Origin: Octopus vulgaris
Lineage: Eukaryota
Direction: 5' to 3'
Length of the DNA: 64,000 nucleotides
NCBI GenBank assembly: GCA_951406725.2
Contig: OX597831.1
Span: forward strand, 22,444,001-22,508,000
Part shown: positions 43,682-59,155 of the stretch, piece by piece
Layout of the letters: each line of letters begins with the position of its first letter
Numbering within the stretch: position 1 is the first letter of the stretch
Program-made: the position numbers and the translations under genes
Notes under the pieces: generated by a model
What the model saw: the letters and a program-made list of their open reading frames with translations, nothing else
Told to the model about the DNA's origin: nothing
Databases searched by the model: none

Positions 43682-44026
43682 GTGTATGTATGTATGTACG
43701 TATGTATGTACGTGCGTGTGTGTGTGCATGTGTGTGTCTGTGTGTGTCCGAATATAGGGAGAAAAACTACAGCGTGGAAATAAACACTAAAAGTTAATTC
43801 TTGCGTAAAATTTCACGAAGAAAACAACGGAGGTGGTCCCGAGTTTTTGGCGTCCCTCCGAAGAGAGCCGTTGGCTCTTTTCCAACAAGTACAAAATCGC
43901 ATTTCCAAAATAAATGAAGTGTGTAAGGGCGGTTAGTTTTATGCGTCACTTACAAATTAACAATAAATACATGAAAATTCTAAGGATCCTAATTTTTATA
44001 TGCCACTTCCAAATTAACAGTAAATA

Positions 44027-44450
44027 GGCGCAGGAGTGGCTGTGTGGTAAGTAGCTTGCTAACCAACCACATGGTTCCGGATTCAGTCCCACTGCGTGGC
44101 ACCTTGGGCAAGAGTCTTCTGCTATAGCCCCGGGCCGACCAATGCCTTGTGAGTGGATTTGGTAGACGGAAACTGAAAGAAGCCAGTCGTATATATGTAT
44201 ATATATATATAAATAAGTGTGTGTGTATATATTTGTGTATCTGTGTTTGTCCCCCTAGCATTGCTTGACAACCGATGCTGGTGTGTTTACGTCCCCGTCA
44301 CTTAGCGGTTCGGCAAAAGAGACCGATAGAATAAGTACTGGGCTTACAAAGAATAAGTCCCGGGGTCGATTTGCTCGACTAAAGGCGGTGCTCCAGCATT
44401 GCCACAGTCAAATGACTGAAACAAGTAAAAGAGTAAAAGAGTAAAGAGTA
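44027..44450 (+). mobile_element. SINE family A, full length
   Basis: Complete head, body and (GTAAAAGA)n tail. Confidence 0.9.
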
Positions 44451-44559
44451 AATGAAGGGCCTTAGGGAATGATTTTTTATCTAATTAACAAAACATTTTT
44501 CTTATCGGTTTCAGCTCAAAGCAGCGGTCATGCTGGGACACCGCCGCTTTGCTATACTG

Positions 44560-45940
44560 TTATTAGTGGGAGCCTCCTCAACGTTTGTTGAATAAAGGAG
44601 TTTGATATCGCTGCCTCATTTGCGCCTCCTACTGGTTCATCTGGGTAGGTTCATCTGGGACTCTCGACAGGGAGAGGTCCAGTTTTGATTTGAAAACGCC
44701 TACATCCACTTTGTGTAGGTCCCTTGGGCTCATTGGGAGAATATTAAAAAGCTGTGGGCCCTTGAAACCCAGGCTGTTGCAGTAACTGGTCCTGAAGTGC
44801 GACGGCATTGTTGGGATCTTTGACACTCTGCAGTGGCGACTCATTCTGGTATGTGAGTAGTTTTCAATTCCAAAATTTAGCACAACCCGTTCTAGGATCT
44901 TCAAGATGTATGTTACTGCATATCTCTCCCGCTTTCGCTCCAGGGAGCAGAGACTTAGTTGTTTCAGCCTTTCCAAGTAGCTGAGCTGCTATAAGGAGAC
45001 GATCTTCTAAGTGAAGCTTCGCTGGATTGCTTCAAGGTTCGCTCTTAGTTTTACACTGTGGAGTGACCATAGTTGGGAGTAATATTCCAGGCGGCTGAGG
45101 ACGAATGTCCTCCAGAAAACCATCATATTTTCCTTCTCTCTGGTTTTGGATTGTTCTCAAGATCCAGCCAGCTGTCTGTACTTTTTAGCCTTCTTGGTAA
45201 TGTGCACCACTCATGTCGGTACCCAGATCACGCACTAATTTAGGTTCTGGGATTGTAATACCTTGGACCAATTTTGGTGCTGTTAGCGCAGGGCTTGGGA
45301 TTCTACTACATTAAACTGCATATTATTTTCTTCAGCCCATCTATAAATTGTGTCCAACTCCTTCTTCAGGCATGCGACATCGCTAGGATTTTGTATCGTC
45401 TCCGTAGCTAGAAAGGGTGGCTATTCGTGCAGCTGACGGCATATCTGAGAAGGCCACTATGAAAAGCAATGGTCCCAAGACAGTGCCCTGTAGAACACCA
45501 CTAATTATTTATGTTTCTTTCAGGTGGCTCCATTGGCCACCAATGCCTGACTTCTATAAATCAGAAAGTCGTGTAACCACTCTCCAAGTTTCCCTGTTAT
45601 GCCAAAATCGCGTAGTTTGTAGTATATCATATCATGATCAACTTTATCAAAAGCTTTTGCAAAATCACGGTATATTACGTCCACATTTACGTTGTCGAGT
45701 AACTGCTTCAAAACTCAGTAATAGTGCTGTAGAAGCTGTGCCAGACAGTTCCTACATAGTCGAAAAGCATGCTGGGTATCATTCAACAAGTCGTTTACTT
45801 CAAGGAAAGCAATTAATTTCCTTCACTATTCGTTCTATGACTTTGCTGATGTGTGATTTTTAGCATCTGTTCTGCTTCCTCCTTTATGGATTCGGCATAT
45901 TATTCCCTCCTTCAGTTTGCTTGGCAGCTTGCCATTTGCG
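44560..45940 (-). mobile_element. Decayed CR1-group LINE ORF2 (reverse transcriptase)
   Basis: NVDVIYRDFAKAFDKVDH, SGVLQGTVLGPLLF, RLKQLSLCSLERKRERY, GPQLFNILP, FKSKLD. Confidence 0.9.
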
Positions 45941-46734
45941 AGAAAACACTGAAAGGAAATCTGTAGTGGTTTTGCCAGCCAGGGCGCGTTTACACAATTG
46001 GAGGAGGATTACTGGGAAACCAAATAAAACCAAATCAAAAATATATAACCTGCCTAAGGGACATAATATTTATAGGATTATTATATTTTTTGATTTCATT
46101 TCAAAATACGATGGGGCACTCTTCTGTAGGTATGCCATATGTGTAATATAACGATATAGATAATAACATGTGTGTGTGTGTATGTGGGGTGTGTATAACT
46201 GTAATAGTCCCCATTACTTCATATTGCTATAAGTATTACTTAATAAGTGTTATTTTGTATTAGTTCTATATTTATTTCTGTAGAAGATCAGCTTTCTTTT
46301 TTCCGCTGCCTAGCTTCAAAATAGAAATCGTAGACAACATCCATTTTATTCTCTGCATACCTTCAGAATAGAAACCGTACCTTAGATTTCAGTCCAGCGA
46401 TTTTTCCTTTGTTTCACGTATTTCACATAAGAATTTATGAGGTCAGCTGTTTATTTTCCTATCCTATCTCATTTCAGCATATTTGTACATCTTTTCATTT
46501 GAAAATACTAATTTTGCCTAAACATATAGGAAGGAAAAAATTCGGTGGAGCACTCTTCTGTAGGTATGCCATGTGTAATGTAACGACACACACGTTATTG
46601 TGTGTGTCGTTGTATGTATGTGTGTCTGTGTGTGTGTGTCTGTATGTGTTTATAACTGTAATAACCTCTATTACTTTATATTACTATAAGAAAAAAGAGG
46701 AGCTGACGTTGAGGGTCATCCAATTATAAAATTA

Positions 46735-49321
46735 TTTGACTCGACAATCGGAAGAGTTTACTCTGCATCCGAATCAATATGAATATTTTTTTTTAAAGCT
46801 GCTTCTTCGTGAAATAAGAGGACCGACTTCCTTCCCGTTCCTGAGAACGATTGATGGTCAGACTGTTCGTAATTGCAGAGAAGCCTGGTTAGCCTTAAAG
46901 TTGTTAGAAGACGACAATCAGTGCAATAGAACAATGGTTGAGGCTTCAGTGTTACGCACATCTAAATTCTTTGAGAGATCTGTTTGAAATTATTCTGAAT
47001 TGTGAAGTACGTGATCCATTAGCGTTGTGGCACGAATATAAGAATGATTTATCAGAAGACTATAAATATCAAGCACAATTAAGGTTTCTTGAGAGAGAAA
47101 TAACATTCAACGATGACATATATAATTCTGCTTTGGTTGATATTGAAGATTGTATTGTCTTAATGGGAAAAGAGGAGCTCAGCAAGTTTGGCTTACCTGA
47201 AACTTATCGAATATAGTGTGATGTTGACAGTATCAATTCAAAGTTATCCTGCAAATTTTAGCTGTCGAACCCATGGTAAAATTTTCCTTATAGCTAATGT
47301 TTCGGGTTTTACCAGCAGGGGCAAAAATGAAAAGATTGTTGTTGCTCCCCACTCTGGATGTACCAACATATAACTTGACCGTGGGAGAAACAGTCTTCTT
47401 CTAATTGCCTGTCAGCATCTTTCAAAGTTTTACCTTGGTACTTATGAGGTGAAGGATTTGATCACGGAAGTTTTGCTTGAAACTTCATTTGATATTGATT
47501 CCTTGATATTGATTAACAAGATTCTTTGAAAAAAATATCTCGAGTCTTTTGTCAGACCAACAGCTTCCATATACAACAATCATTGACCAAGTGGCACATA
47601 AGAGAGGAGGATTATACTTTTGAAAAGCACCAGGAGGAAGTGGAAAAACTTTTGTTACAAATTTAGTGCTATCCAAAGTCTGGCAGAAAAAGGAAATATC
47701 CTTAGCTGTAGCGAGCTCTGGTTATTTTGCGACTTTACTCCCAGGAGGTCGAACATCACACGCAGCATTCAAGCAGCCAATCGATCTAACTTCAAATGGT
47801 GAACGTGTATGCAATATTAATAAAAGTTTTTCTTTAGCTGAAATTCTCATGTAATGCTCTTTGATCAAATGGGACGAAGCTGCAATGTACCATAGAAAAT
47901 CAGAAGAAGCTGTTAACAGAATACTGCAGGATTTGCGCAATCCCCTTTTGTTTGATGCGAGACGTTACAGTTGCACGTTCGAATGATTTCAGACGAACTT
48001 TGCCAGTGATTCCCAGGGGGAACATTGGTGGATGAATTGAAAGCATGCTTGAAATCATCTTTAATTTTATGGAAACATATCAAAGTGTTAAAGCTTTCTA
48101 CAATTATGAGGGCACATTTGCATGGGGGTCATCTGTCGAAACAACTTGCCCTTACTGCATTGCAACTTGGAGAAAAAAGGCTAGATATCAATCATGAAGG
48201 TGATTTGAATCCATAAAAAATCTGCACCTTGGTCAGTTCGGTTGAAGAACTTACAGAAAAGTTTTTGCAAGTATAATTTTAAATTACACAGATAATGCTT
48301 GGTTGTGCGAAGGAGCAAGCATGGCACCAAAGAACGTTACTGTGAATAATTTAAATGAAAGACTCGAGAAACTATTACCAGGAAACGAATATACATACAA
48401 TTATCTATAGAATTTGTTGTGGATGAATCCGAAATATCCAATTACTCCGTTGGGTTCTCAAACTCACTGCAGCCGCCAAGAGCTCCTCCTCATTGTCTTT
48501 CATTGAAAATAGGTGATCCAATCATGCTTCGGCGCAAACATTCTCAACCAAAGCTGTGCAATGGCACAAGACTTGTAGTCAAGAAATTAATGAGAAATAT
48601 CATACAGACTACAATGATTTCTGGGTGTGGAAAAAGTGAAGACGTTTTTATTCATTGCTTAACTTTAATTCCTTCCAATATGTCCTTCAAGTTCAAATGA
48701 TTTCAATTTCCAATACATCTGTCTTTTGCGATGCCCACTACTAAGTAACAAGGTCAAACTTTGAAAGTTGCTGGTATGCAATTAGAAGAGGACAGTTTCT
48801 CCCACGGTCAGTTATATGTTGGTACATCCAGAGTGGGGAGCAACAACAATCTTTTCATTTTGCACATGCTGGTAAACCCGAAACATTAGCTATAAGGAAA
48901 ATTTTACCATGGGTTCGACAACTAAAATTTGCAAATAAACTTTGAATTGATACTGTCAACATCACACTATATTCGTCTACGAAACGCTATTTATTTTTTA
49001 GTTTGTTGTAATACTTAAGTTCAATAAATTATAGTACATATGCTTTTAGCTTTAGAACATTTATTTATTTATTTATCTTGTACTAGACATAAGCCAAAAT
49101 CTATATGGTGTTTGTTTCATTTAAAGGCAGAAATACTATAGATCATAGATCAGAAGTTTATATCCACCCATGATAATATTGGCCAGAAGAAAACAGCTCT
49201 ATCGTCTACATGAATGTCAACAACCATTTTTTATATATGTTCAATACAACCTAAGTGAAATATTTATAGTACAATTTTGGCAGCTTCTTTCAACCCAGTC
49301 AATGACGGGTGTGTTTGCTAG
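46735..49321 (+). mobile_element. Second decayed Helitron Rep/helicase with 3' terminus
   Basis: [71 protein letters not shown]; ends ACCCAGTCAATGACGGGT…CTAG|T. Confidence 0.93.
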
Positions 49322-49361
49322 TATATATATAAATATTCAGTCATCACATAAATAATGCGTT

Positions 49362-49816
<455 letters not shown>

Positions 49817-50221
49817 CTAATTATTATTTAGGGTATCTAAGAAATACCACCACCATCTAGATACTCTAAATTATAATTTTAATGATAATCATTGCCTTTG
49901 AAGGTTTTTTATTCCCATGCTGGCCACTTGATGAGATCGATATTTAAATTAACGATCTTATCCTTATTTAAATAAATTTATATATACGTAAAATTTACGT
50001 ATCTGCAGTATCTACATATGTCTATATGTATCTATGTATCCTGCGGGCGTCAGAGAAATTTCGAAATTAGGTTCTGGAATCGAACCCGGAGTCAACTGGC
50101 TGCGGCACGATCATCTGAACCACACATCGACGTTAGTTGCTGCATTTAAATACGCTTAAATATATTTCTATATTCATATACAATCAGAACATAGACTACA
50201 AAATATCTTGCTAGATATAAC

Positions 50222-50365
50222 TTATTTCTTTATTACCCACAAGGGGCTAAACACAGAGGGGACAAACAAGAACAGACATAGTTATTAAGTCGATTATATC
50301 GACCCGAGTGTGTAACTGGTACTTATTTAATCGACCCCGAAAGGATGAAAGGCAAAGTCGACCTC
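50222..50365 (-). mobile_element. SINE family B 3' fragment
   Basis: TATTTCTTTATTACCCACAAGGGGCTAAAC…AAAGTCGACCTC. Confidence 0.85.
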
Positions 50366-50509
50366 ATAACATTAAGCAATAACAGCAACAACAGCAATAA
50401 CAACAACAACAATAATGAAAAGAAGAAAAACAACAGCAATAATAATAATAATAATCATAATAATAATAATAATAATAATAATATTAATAATAATAATAAT
50501 AATGACGAC

Positions 50510-50541
<32 letters not shown>

Positions 50542-50606
50542 CGACGATGATGAAGGCAAGAAGTAGGAGAAGAGTAACAACAACAACAACAGTAATAATA
50601 ATGATG

Positions 50607-50940
50607 AAACCCCCTTCGGTCATGACTGAGCATGGGATTGCTCCTAGGAAGTTACCCTCTGAGGCACAAGTCCGGGCAAGGTTGTTTATGGAAGACCAGC
50701 ACTCGCGCATGTATGCCGCCCCCTTCTGGACGCCACCAGTGTTGTCCAAGGGAAAGGCAAAGGGGCCGATACAGCTTGGCACCTGTGACGTCGCAACTCA
50801 TATCTACAGCTAAGCAAACTGGAGCAACGTGAAATAAAGTATCTTACTCAAGAACACAACACGCAGCTCGGTCCGGGATTCGAACTCATAACCTCGCGAT
50901 CGTAAACCCGGCGCTCTAACCACTGAGCCATGTGCATTCA
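50607..50940 (-). mobile_element. SINE family D with long tail
   Basis: Minus-strand head TGGCTCAGTGGTTAGAGCG…GAGTTCGAATCCC; the tail also occurs as a fragment at 256-333. Confidence 0.8.
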
Positions 50941-50941
50941 C

Positions 50942-51445
<504 letters not shown>

Positions 51446-52554
51446 GCAGCATTTTCTTCAACACACAAAGGGCTGAAGGAGATACCAGAAATATGAAAGA
51501 TAAGCATCAAACAACGGAATGCAGGGGTAAGAGATGTGAGAGGGCACGTGAATGATTTTAAAACTACGCACCCACGCAACCACACACTCACACACTCACA
51601 CACACACACACACGCGTTTGCACGTAATATTTATGCATGTATATTTATACATTTTGAAATCTAATTGAAAAGTTTTAAAAAAATCGCAATAATTATAACA
51701 TGATAATAATTCGAGGAAAGGAAACATAAACATCAAAGATTATTGGCTAGATTGATTTTGCAACTCTACTCCTAAAAAAAACATTTCTCATTTTGTGCAA
51801 ATGTGCAACGAAATGCATCATTGAGCATTGTTTGAGAGATGTGATGCTGAAAAAAACCCAACAACAACATGTGGGTATCCTTTTTCAATTTCGCTGTTAT
51901 ATATCTTAGTTTTAATTTTATTAATAATCTATCTTTTGCATGTTGTTTATATTCTGAATCTTACTGTTTTGTTGTCATTCTTACGATCTTTTGATAAGTT
52001 TCTTTATTGGCCACACAGGGCTGCACACAGATGGGACAAGTTACAAGGTAGAGCTTTTCTTTTGGGGGATGAAAAAAACAAAAAACAAAAGAAAAAAAAA
52101 GGGGGGATGGCGTAGGTTTTCGATCAAGAGGGATCGTAAAAGGGAAGAAAAGAACTTTTGATAGCGCTGACGCCAGGTGTAATTTTTTAATATTAGTTTG
52201 TTTTTTTTCACTTTCAAAGAATGGTGAAACTTAATTCGTCGTTATTTTCATGAGGGATCTCTGTCATTTTGAAAAGAATTGTTCTTCACCATATATTTTC
52301 CTCGTCTTATACTGGGTCTTTTTTTATATTTTTTTTACATCTATGCTTTCACTCATGGTTTGTATATATTCATCTTCAATTATCATTTATTCCTTATTGC
52401 ACAATGATGGAGTATAACTTCAAAGTATCACTGGTAAAGTGTGTACGTGAAATTTTAAAAGTTTATAAAACAGTCATTTTGGTTTCTGTAGTCTACACCA
52501 AGCTAACGAGGACAGGCCTTTTTTTCCCAATTAAAGTTTTTCTTTTTTACAAGT

Positions 52555-52952
52555 GCGCAGGAGTGGCTGTGTGGTAAGTAGGTTGTTTACCAACCACATG
52601 GTTCCGGGTTCAGTCCCACTGAGTGGCACCTTGGGCAAGTGTCTTCTGCTATAGCCTCGGGCCGACGAAAGCCTTGTGAGTGGATTTGGTAGACGGAAAC
52701 TGAAAGAAGCCCGTCGTATATATGTATTCATATATATGCGTGTGTGTGTGTTTGTGTGTCTGTGTTTTTCCCCCTAGCATTGTTTGACAACCGATGCTGG
52801 TGTGTTTATGTCCCCGTCACTTAGCGGTTCGGCAAAAGAGACCGATAGAATAAGTACTGGGCTTACAAAAGAATAAGTCCCGGGGTCGATTTTCTCGATT
52901 AAAGGCGGTGCTCCAGCATGGCCGCAGTCAAATAACTGAAACGAGTAAAGAG
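52555..52952 (+). mobile_element. SINE family A
   Basis: Matches family A. Confidence 0.9.
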
Positions 52953-53107
52953 GATGCTACAAAGAAAATGTGATTTCGTAATGTTTGAAAACATTATCCC
53001 GAAGGAAGAAGGAAAACGGGCGCTTCGTACTATTACTCTAAAAGAGATAAAAAAATAATAATAATATGAAAATTGCGGATTCACTAGAGAGTGTATGAAA
53101 AGAAGAG

Positions 53108-53532
53108 ATTCACTGGGGACTATGTAGCAAGTCTGGACTGAGCACGGAAATGTTACACTCATGAACCAGAGAGCGTCACTGAAAGCAATGAATATAAGAT
53201 TCTTTGGGGTTTTACAATCTAATGTAACACCCTAATCAATGATTAGAGACCAGGCATTGTTGTGGTAAAAAGGAAGCCAAGATCATAGATATTGCAATAC
53301 CTAGGATTGCATGCATAGATGACAAGGGGCTGGAAAAGATGGAGGAATACAGACTGCTACAAGATGAAATGGCAAGAATGTGGGCAATGGGGTGAGTAAT
53401 TGTTATCCCAGTGATTGTAGGGGCACTCGGAGCACCAACAACCAAGTTCGAGAAATATATCGGAGAAATTTGAATTGACATAAGAGCAAAGTAGGTCCAA
53501 AAGCTGCTCTGTTAGGGACACCTAGGATTTTG
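53108..53532 (+). mobile_element. Decayed restriction-like endonuclease domain of an R4/Dong-type non-LTR retrotransposon
   Basis: Manual translation across stops and frameshifts: IHWGLCSK…HEPESVTESNEYKILWGFTI*C…RPGIVVV…IIDIAIP…LEKMEEY…MARMW…VIPVIVGALG…ALLGTPRIL. Confidence 0.8.
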
Positions 53533-53624
53533 AACTCGGAAGGCAAAGACAGGCGAAATACCACTAAGCATTTTCCCCCGCGCACTAACGATTCTGCCAG
53601 CTCTCTGCCTTAATAATAATAATG

Positions 53625-53692
<68 letters not shown>

Positions 53693-53866
53693 CTCAAGAT
53701 TTAAAACAAACATTTTTTTTTAGACTTCCACCAGTACAACACAAAAAACAACCAAATATATGGCACACTAGGCATAACAACAACATGAACTTCCAACCTG
53801 TTGTCTCTTGAGGTCTCCGGGTGAGACTTGGAGCCAACTTGTACAAATATAAAGCAAAAGTCAAAC

Positions 53867-53900
<34 letters not shown>

Positions 53901-53901
<1 letters not shown>

Positions 53902-54444
53902 GGCCTGACAGTGGCTCACGTGGCTTGTGATATTAGCTGATTGGAAGTGTTATCATGTACATTGTTTTATCTTGGTATAAAATATGGTTTATAGTAAATA
54001 TTCTGCTCAATACCACAGATTTGCTTGTCAATTGTTTGACCTAAACCAGTTGAGCATGTCCCTTAGTGGCTGACGATATGTGCATTTCTGATCATGAGCA
54101 GATGTAGTGGGGGAGCATCATAGTCGTGTGTTGAGACGAATTCTTTGGGGTTTGGAGAATTCACCTTTGGAAGCATGGGTGTTTTGTTCAACATCCTTAA
54201 ACGATCCTTATTCAGGGACCTGTATGAGCGGGTTGGGTTACTCGACCAGAAAAATATTCTAACTGGGCTCCACCTGCAAGATCATGTGCTGTTTATCTTG
54301 ATATGAGATCACCATGTCGCGCACATATTGTTGTGATGAATGTGCCTAGTGTGCCCTTATCAGACGGGTAGTCATGATGGTTATACTGGGCTTTGTACAT
54401 TTCACCCCAGTGTCACTTTGATGGCATGCACTGCTCTCTCACTC
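53901..54444 (+). mobile_element. ~550-bp non-coding element inserted in (TAA)n, copy 2
   Basis: Aligns with the reverse complement of 40223-40776. Confidence 0.85.
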
Positions 54445-55055
<611 letters not shown>

Positions 55056-55372
55056 AAATTAATTGGTGATGAATAAATAATACATAGGCTGCCATCTTCT
55101 CATCATTATGCAAATTAAGCAGGCATATTGCCAAATAAATAACGCGCAGTATCAATGCAATCATGTAAACATTTTGATCAACGACAGCGACCGGACTTCA
55201 CCGAATTGTGACGAAGACCTACATTAATTTCAATGTAGGTGACATAACTGAAGAATGTCGTACTTTTCACAGGAGAAACCGTTTTGCATCTCTCCGTCTC
55301 TCTCTCTCTTTCTCTCTCACTCACACATGTCCAACACACATACGTACACACACACACACACACACACACATA

Positions 55373-55414
<42 letters not shown>

Positions 55415-55493
55415 CACACAAGCACACGTACACACACACACACTCACACACCACACACGCACACACACATGGTCAATCTCCCTTTCTCCATCT

Positions 55494-55524
<31 letters not shown>

Positions 55525-55532
55525 GAATGTGT

Positions 55533-55580
<48 letters not shown>

Positions 55581-55581
55581 A

Positions 55582-55630
<49 letters not shown>

Positions 55631-55635
55631 GTCTG

Positions 55636-55688
<53 letters not shown>

Positions 55689-55707
55689 GTATCTATTAAT
55701 CTATCTA

Positions 55708-55739
<32 letters not shown>

Positions 55740-55768
55740 TATATATATATATATATATATATATCTCA

Positions 55769-55830
<62 letters not shown>

Positions 55831-56111
55831 GAGGTATATGTATTATATTTACATAGTTACGTATGTATATCTGCGTGTATGGGAGTGTGCGTGTGTTTAC
55901 CATCCAACCTAACTGGCGCCAAAATTGATTAGTTGAGCAATCACGTGTGTTGTGCTGTACCGTATTTCTTTGGCCATATTTCGGGGTTGCTATGTGTGTG
56001 TGTGTGTGTGTTTGTGTACGAATGTGTGTGTATGCGTATGTGCGTGTGCATGAGTCTGCATGTGCTTATGTTTGTGCGATGTGCATTAGCGCATGTGGTT
56101 GTGTATATATT

Positions 56112-56148
<37 letters not shown>

Positions 56149-56249
56149 TGTATTTCATCATTCGTTTTGTGGGGGGGGACTATCTCTAGGGGTGGTGGTG
56201 AGAGATGGCTTCTGTAAATGAGGCAAGACATTCTCCTCGTTCAGAAAAT

Positions 56250-56690
56250 GTTGAAAAGGAAGAGGATGAGAAAGAGGAGGAGGAGGAGGAAGAAGAAATG
56301 GAGTTCGAAGAGGAGGAGGAGGAGGAGGAAGTGGAGAAAGAAGAGGAGGAAGAGGAGAAAGAAGGGGAGGAAGAGGAGAAAGAAGAAGACGTAGAGAAAG
56401 AGGAAGAGGAAGGGGAGAAAGAAGGGGACGAAGAGGAGAAAGGAGGGGAGGAAGAAGAGAAAGAGGAGAAAGAAGTGGACGAAGAGGAGAAAGAAGGGGA
56501 GGAAGAGGAGAAAGAGGAGAAAGAAGAGGAAGCGGAGGAGGTTGGAGAAAAAGAAGAAAAGGAAGAAGTGGGAGGAAGAAGAAGACGAAGAAGAAGAAAA
56601 AAAAGAAGAAGAAGAAGAAGAAGAAGAAGAAGAAGAAGAAGAAGAAGAAGAAGAAGAAGAAGAAGAAGAAGAAGAAGAAGAAGAAAACAA
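56250..56690. repeat. Purine-rich (GAG/GAA)n tract
   Basis: Direct observation; it explains the poly-E/R ORF. Confidence 0.93.
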
Positions 56691-57183
56691 AAAAAACAAC
56701 GAAATATATTAAGAAGGAGAATAGAAAGATGATGATGAAAATGGTGATAAAAAACGAAGAAGATGAAGAAAAGGAAGCAGCGGAAAAGGATGTGTGGGAG
56801 GAGGTGAGAGTGAGAGGTTAGCAACTTAATACTATGGCGCATTTCATAAGTGTGTCTCTTTCCACTTCATTTTGCCGATCATAACAAAACCATATTGGTA
56901 GCGACGGCAGCAACAATAAAAAAGTCGATGACCCCACGAGGGCGCTTTTTACATCTGCGGTTCTCAACCATTTTTTCCCCCTGTCAACCGCTCTGATTCC
57001 TATTTTGCTCTGACAGATACCCCACCCAGTAACCATTTGAAATTTTAAAAGATGCCATTATATTTTTATAGTTAAATATTATTAGAAATTCAACATTTTG
57101 TAGACAAACCTTTGGAAACGCCGAACGTGTTTCGTATTCTGCAGACAAGAATGTCATATTTCGAATGCAGTATAGCCGTGAAA

Positions 57184-57470
57184 GGAGGCACATGGCCTAG
57201 TGGTTAGAGCAGCGGACCCGAGGGATCGTGGGTTCGAATCTCAGACCGGGTGATGTGTGTGTTTATGAGCGAAGCACCTAAGTTCCAGACGGTTCCGGCA
57301 GAAGGTAAATGGCGAACTTCTGCTGACTCTTTCGCCACAACTTTCTCTCACTCTTTCCTCCTACGACGGACCGGCGCCCCGTCCAGGTGGGGAACCTATA
57401 CGGCAAGGAAACAGGGAAACCGGCCCTATGTGCCAGGCGTGGCTCGAGAAGGAACAAACAACAACAACAA
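57184..57470 (+). mobile_element. SINE family C with 9-bp TSD
   Basis: Family C head and body, (AAC)n tail, flanked by ATAGCCGTG. Confidence 0.9.
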
Positions 57471-57530
57471 TAGCCGTGGGGTAGATGAAGTATTTTGGTG
57501 AAGGTGAAGATTACGCATACCACCCGTATA

Positions 57531-57693
57531 GGAGCAGGAGTGGCTGTGTGGTAAGTAGATTGCTTACGAACCACATGGTTCTGGGATCAGTCCCACTGTG
57601 TGGAACCTTGGGCAAATGTCTTCTACTATAGCCTCGGGCCGACCAAAGCCTTGTGAGTGGATTTGGTAGACGGAAACTGAAAGAAGCCCGTCG

Positions 57694-57750
<57 letters not shown>

Positions 57751-57960
57751 GCATATGTTTGTGTTTGTCCCCCCAGCATCACTTGACAACCGATGCTGGT
57801 GTGTTTACATGCCCGTAACTTAGCGGTTCGGCAAAAGAGACCGATAGAATAAGTACTAGGCTTACAAAGAATAAGTCCTGGGGGCGATTTGCTCGACTAA
57901 AAGGCGGTGCTCCAGCATGGCCGAAATCAAATGCCTGAAACAAGTAAAAGAGTAAAAGAG
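57531..57960 (+). mobile_element. SINE family A
   Basis: Matches family A. Confidence 0.9.
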
Positions 57961-58902
57961 CTAAATTATTTATCGTTTAATTGGACGCGAGATTGTTGCC
58001 AGGGAGCCGTTTAACTTAATGGTAGCGTGCTCAGCCGGTATCTGATGGGTATGGGTCCGAGTCCCACAGCCGTCTACTGACAACTTCTTCCGTCTTATAA
58101 AGACAATACCCAATCTTTCTGCTGTTATCAAGGCTATACTGCGTTCGAAATACAATTTTTTTTGTCTGTAAAATTATCAGGAATTGTTTTTAAAAAAATT
58201 GTTAAAATATTCTGTGCAATGTAGAAGTATGACCGATTTACTCTACATAATTTTAACAGCTAAATCTGATAAGGACCTTCATGAGTCATGTGGACCCCTG
58301 TTGAAAAACCGCTGTTTTACATAGCCAGCCCCCAGACACACTAGACACGTAAAGCCGTTTGATGTGTCTTGATGTCAATAAAACTACCATACATCATTTA
58401 CTAGGATCGCTTATGTTGTTATTTTTCAAATAGAGGCGTTTCTTTAGAAATCAATTTTTTTTTTTAATGTTTCTTCTAAGACCAAAGGAGGCAATTCTGT
58501 TTGAACTTGCTTCAGTCTTGCTGAAGCTTTTCATTGGAAGTGACATGACCCCTGTGATTTGACGATGTATTATGGAGGGCAACAAGAAGTGTATACGTGC
58601 GCGCGCACACAGACACACACACACATACACATACACGCGCGCGCACACATAGTTGAAAAAGGGGTTAAGAATCTATACAAATCAAACGTTGTAGTTAAAA
58701 ATTAAAGGTGGGAACAGCACGAAGGTGTGTTTAAAGATTGTTTTATATTTGTTACATTGAGTGATTGATATAAAATATTATCGCTTTCGATGTGTATATC
58801 CATCTTATCATACAGTGAAACTATAACGTCGTATATTATCGACTGCTATTTACCGGAAATATTGGTACATTGTTGTACCACTATTATATATATATATATA
58901 TC

Positions 58903-58947
<45 letters not shown>

Positions 58948-59155
58948 GTGTCTGCATGATTGTACGTATACACGAGGGAGGAAAACACTTTTCTCCATGT
59001 GATCGGGTTGAAAAAAATTGTTAAGGCACTTGGATATTTTCCTACTTTTCTTAACATGAAACCTATGGTAGCCTTAATTCACGAATAAAGAAATCACATC
59101 CACCAATGCAGTGTTGAGCACTGTCATATATATATATATGTATATATATATATAT

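Larger units (their letters stand above)
56955..58314. mobile_element. hAT-type non-autonomous element with 8-bp TSD, hosting nested SINEs
   Basis: TIRs CTGCGGTTCTCAAC / GTTGAAAAACCGCTG; identical TTTTACAT at 56947-56954 and 58315-58322. Confidence 0.85.

Noticed and set aside
43855-43885. CCGAAGA-gagcc-gtt-ggctc hairpin
   Set aside because: No GAAA or cleavage triplet follows.
56186-56842. Glu/Arg-rich ORF
   Set aside because: Explained by the (GAG)n/(GAA)n tract; no non-repetitive domain.
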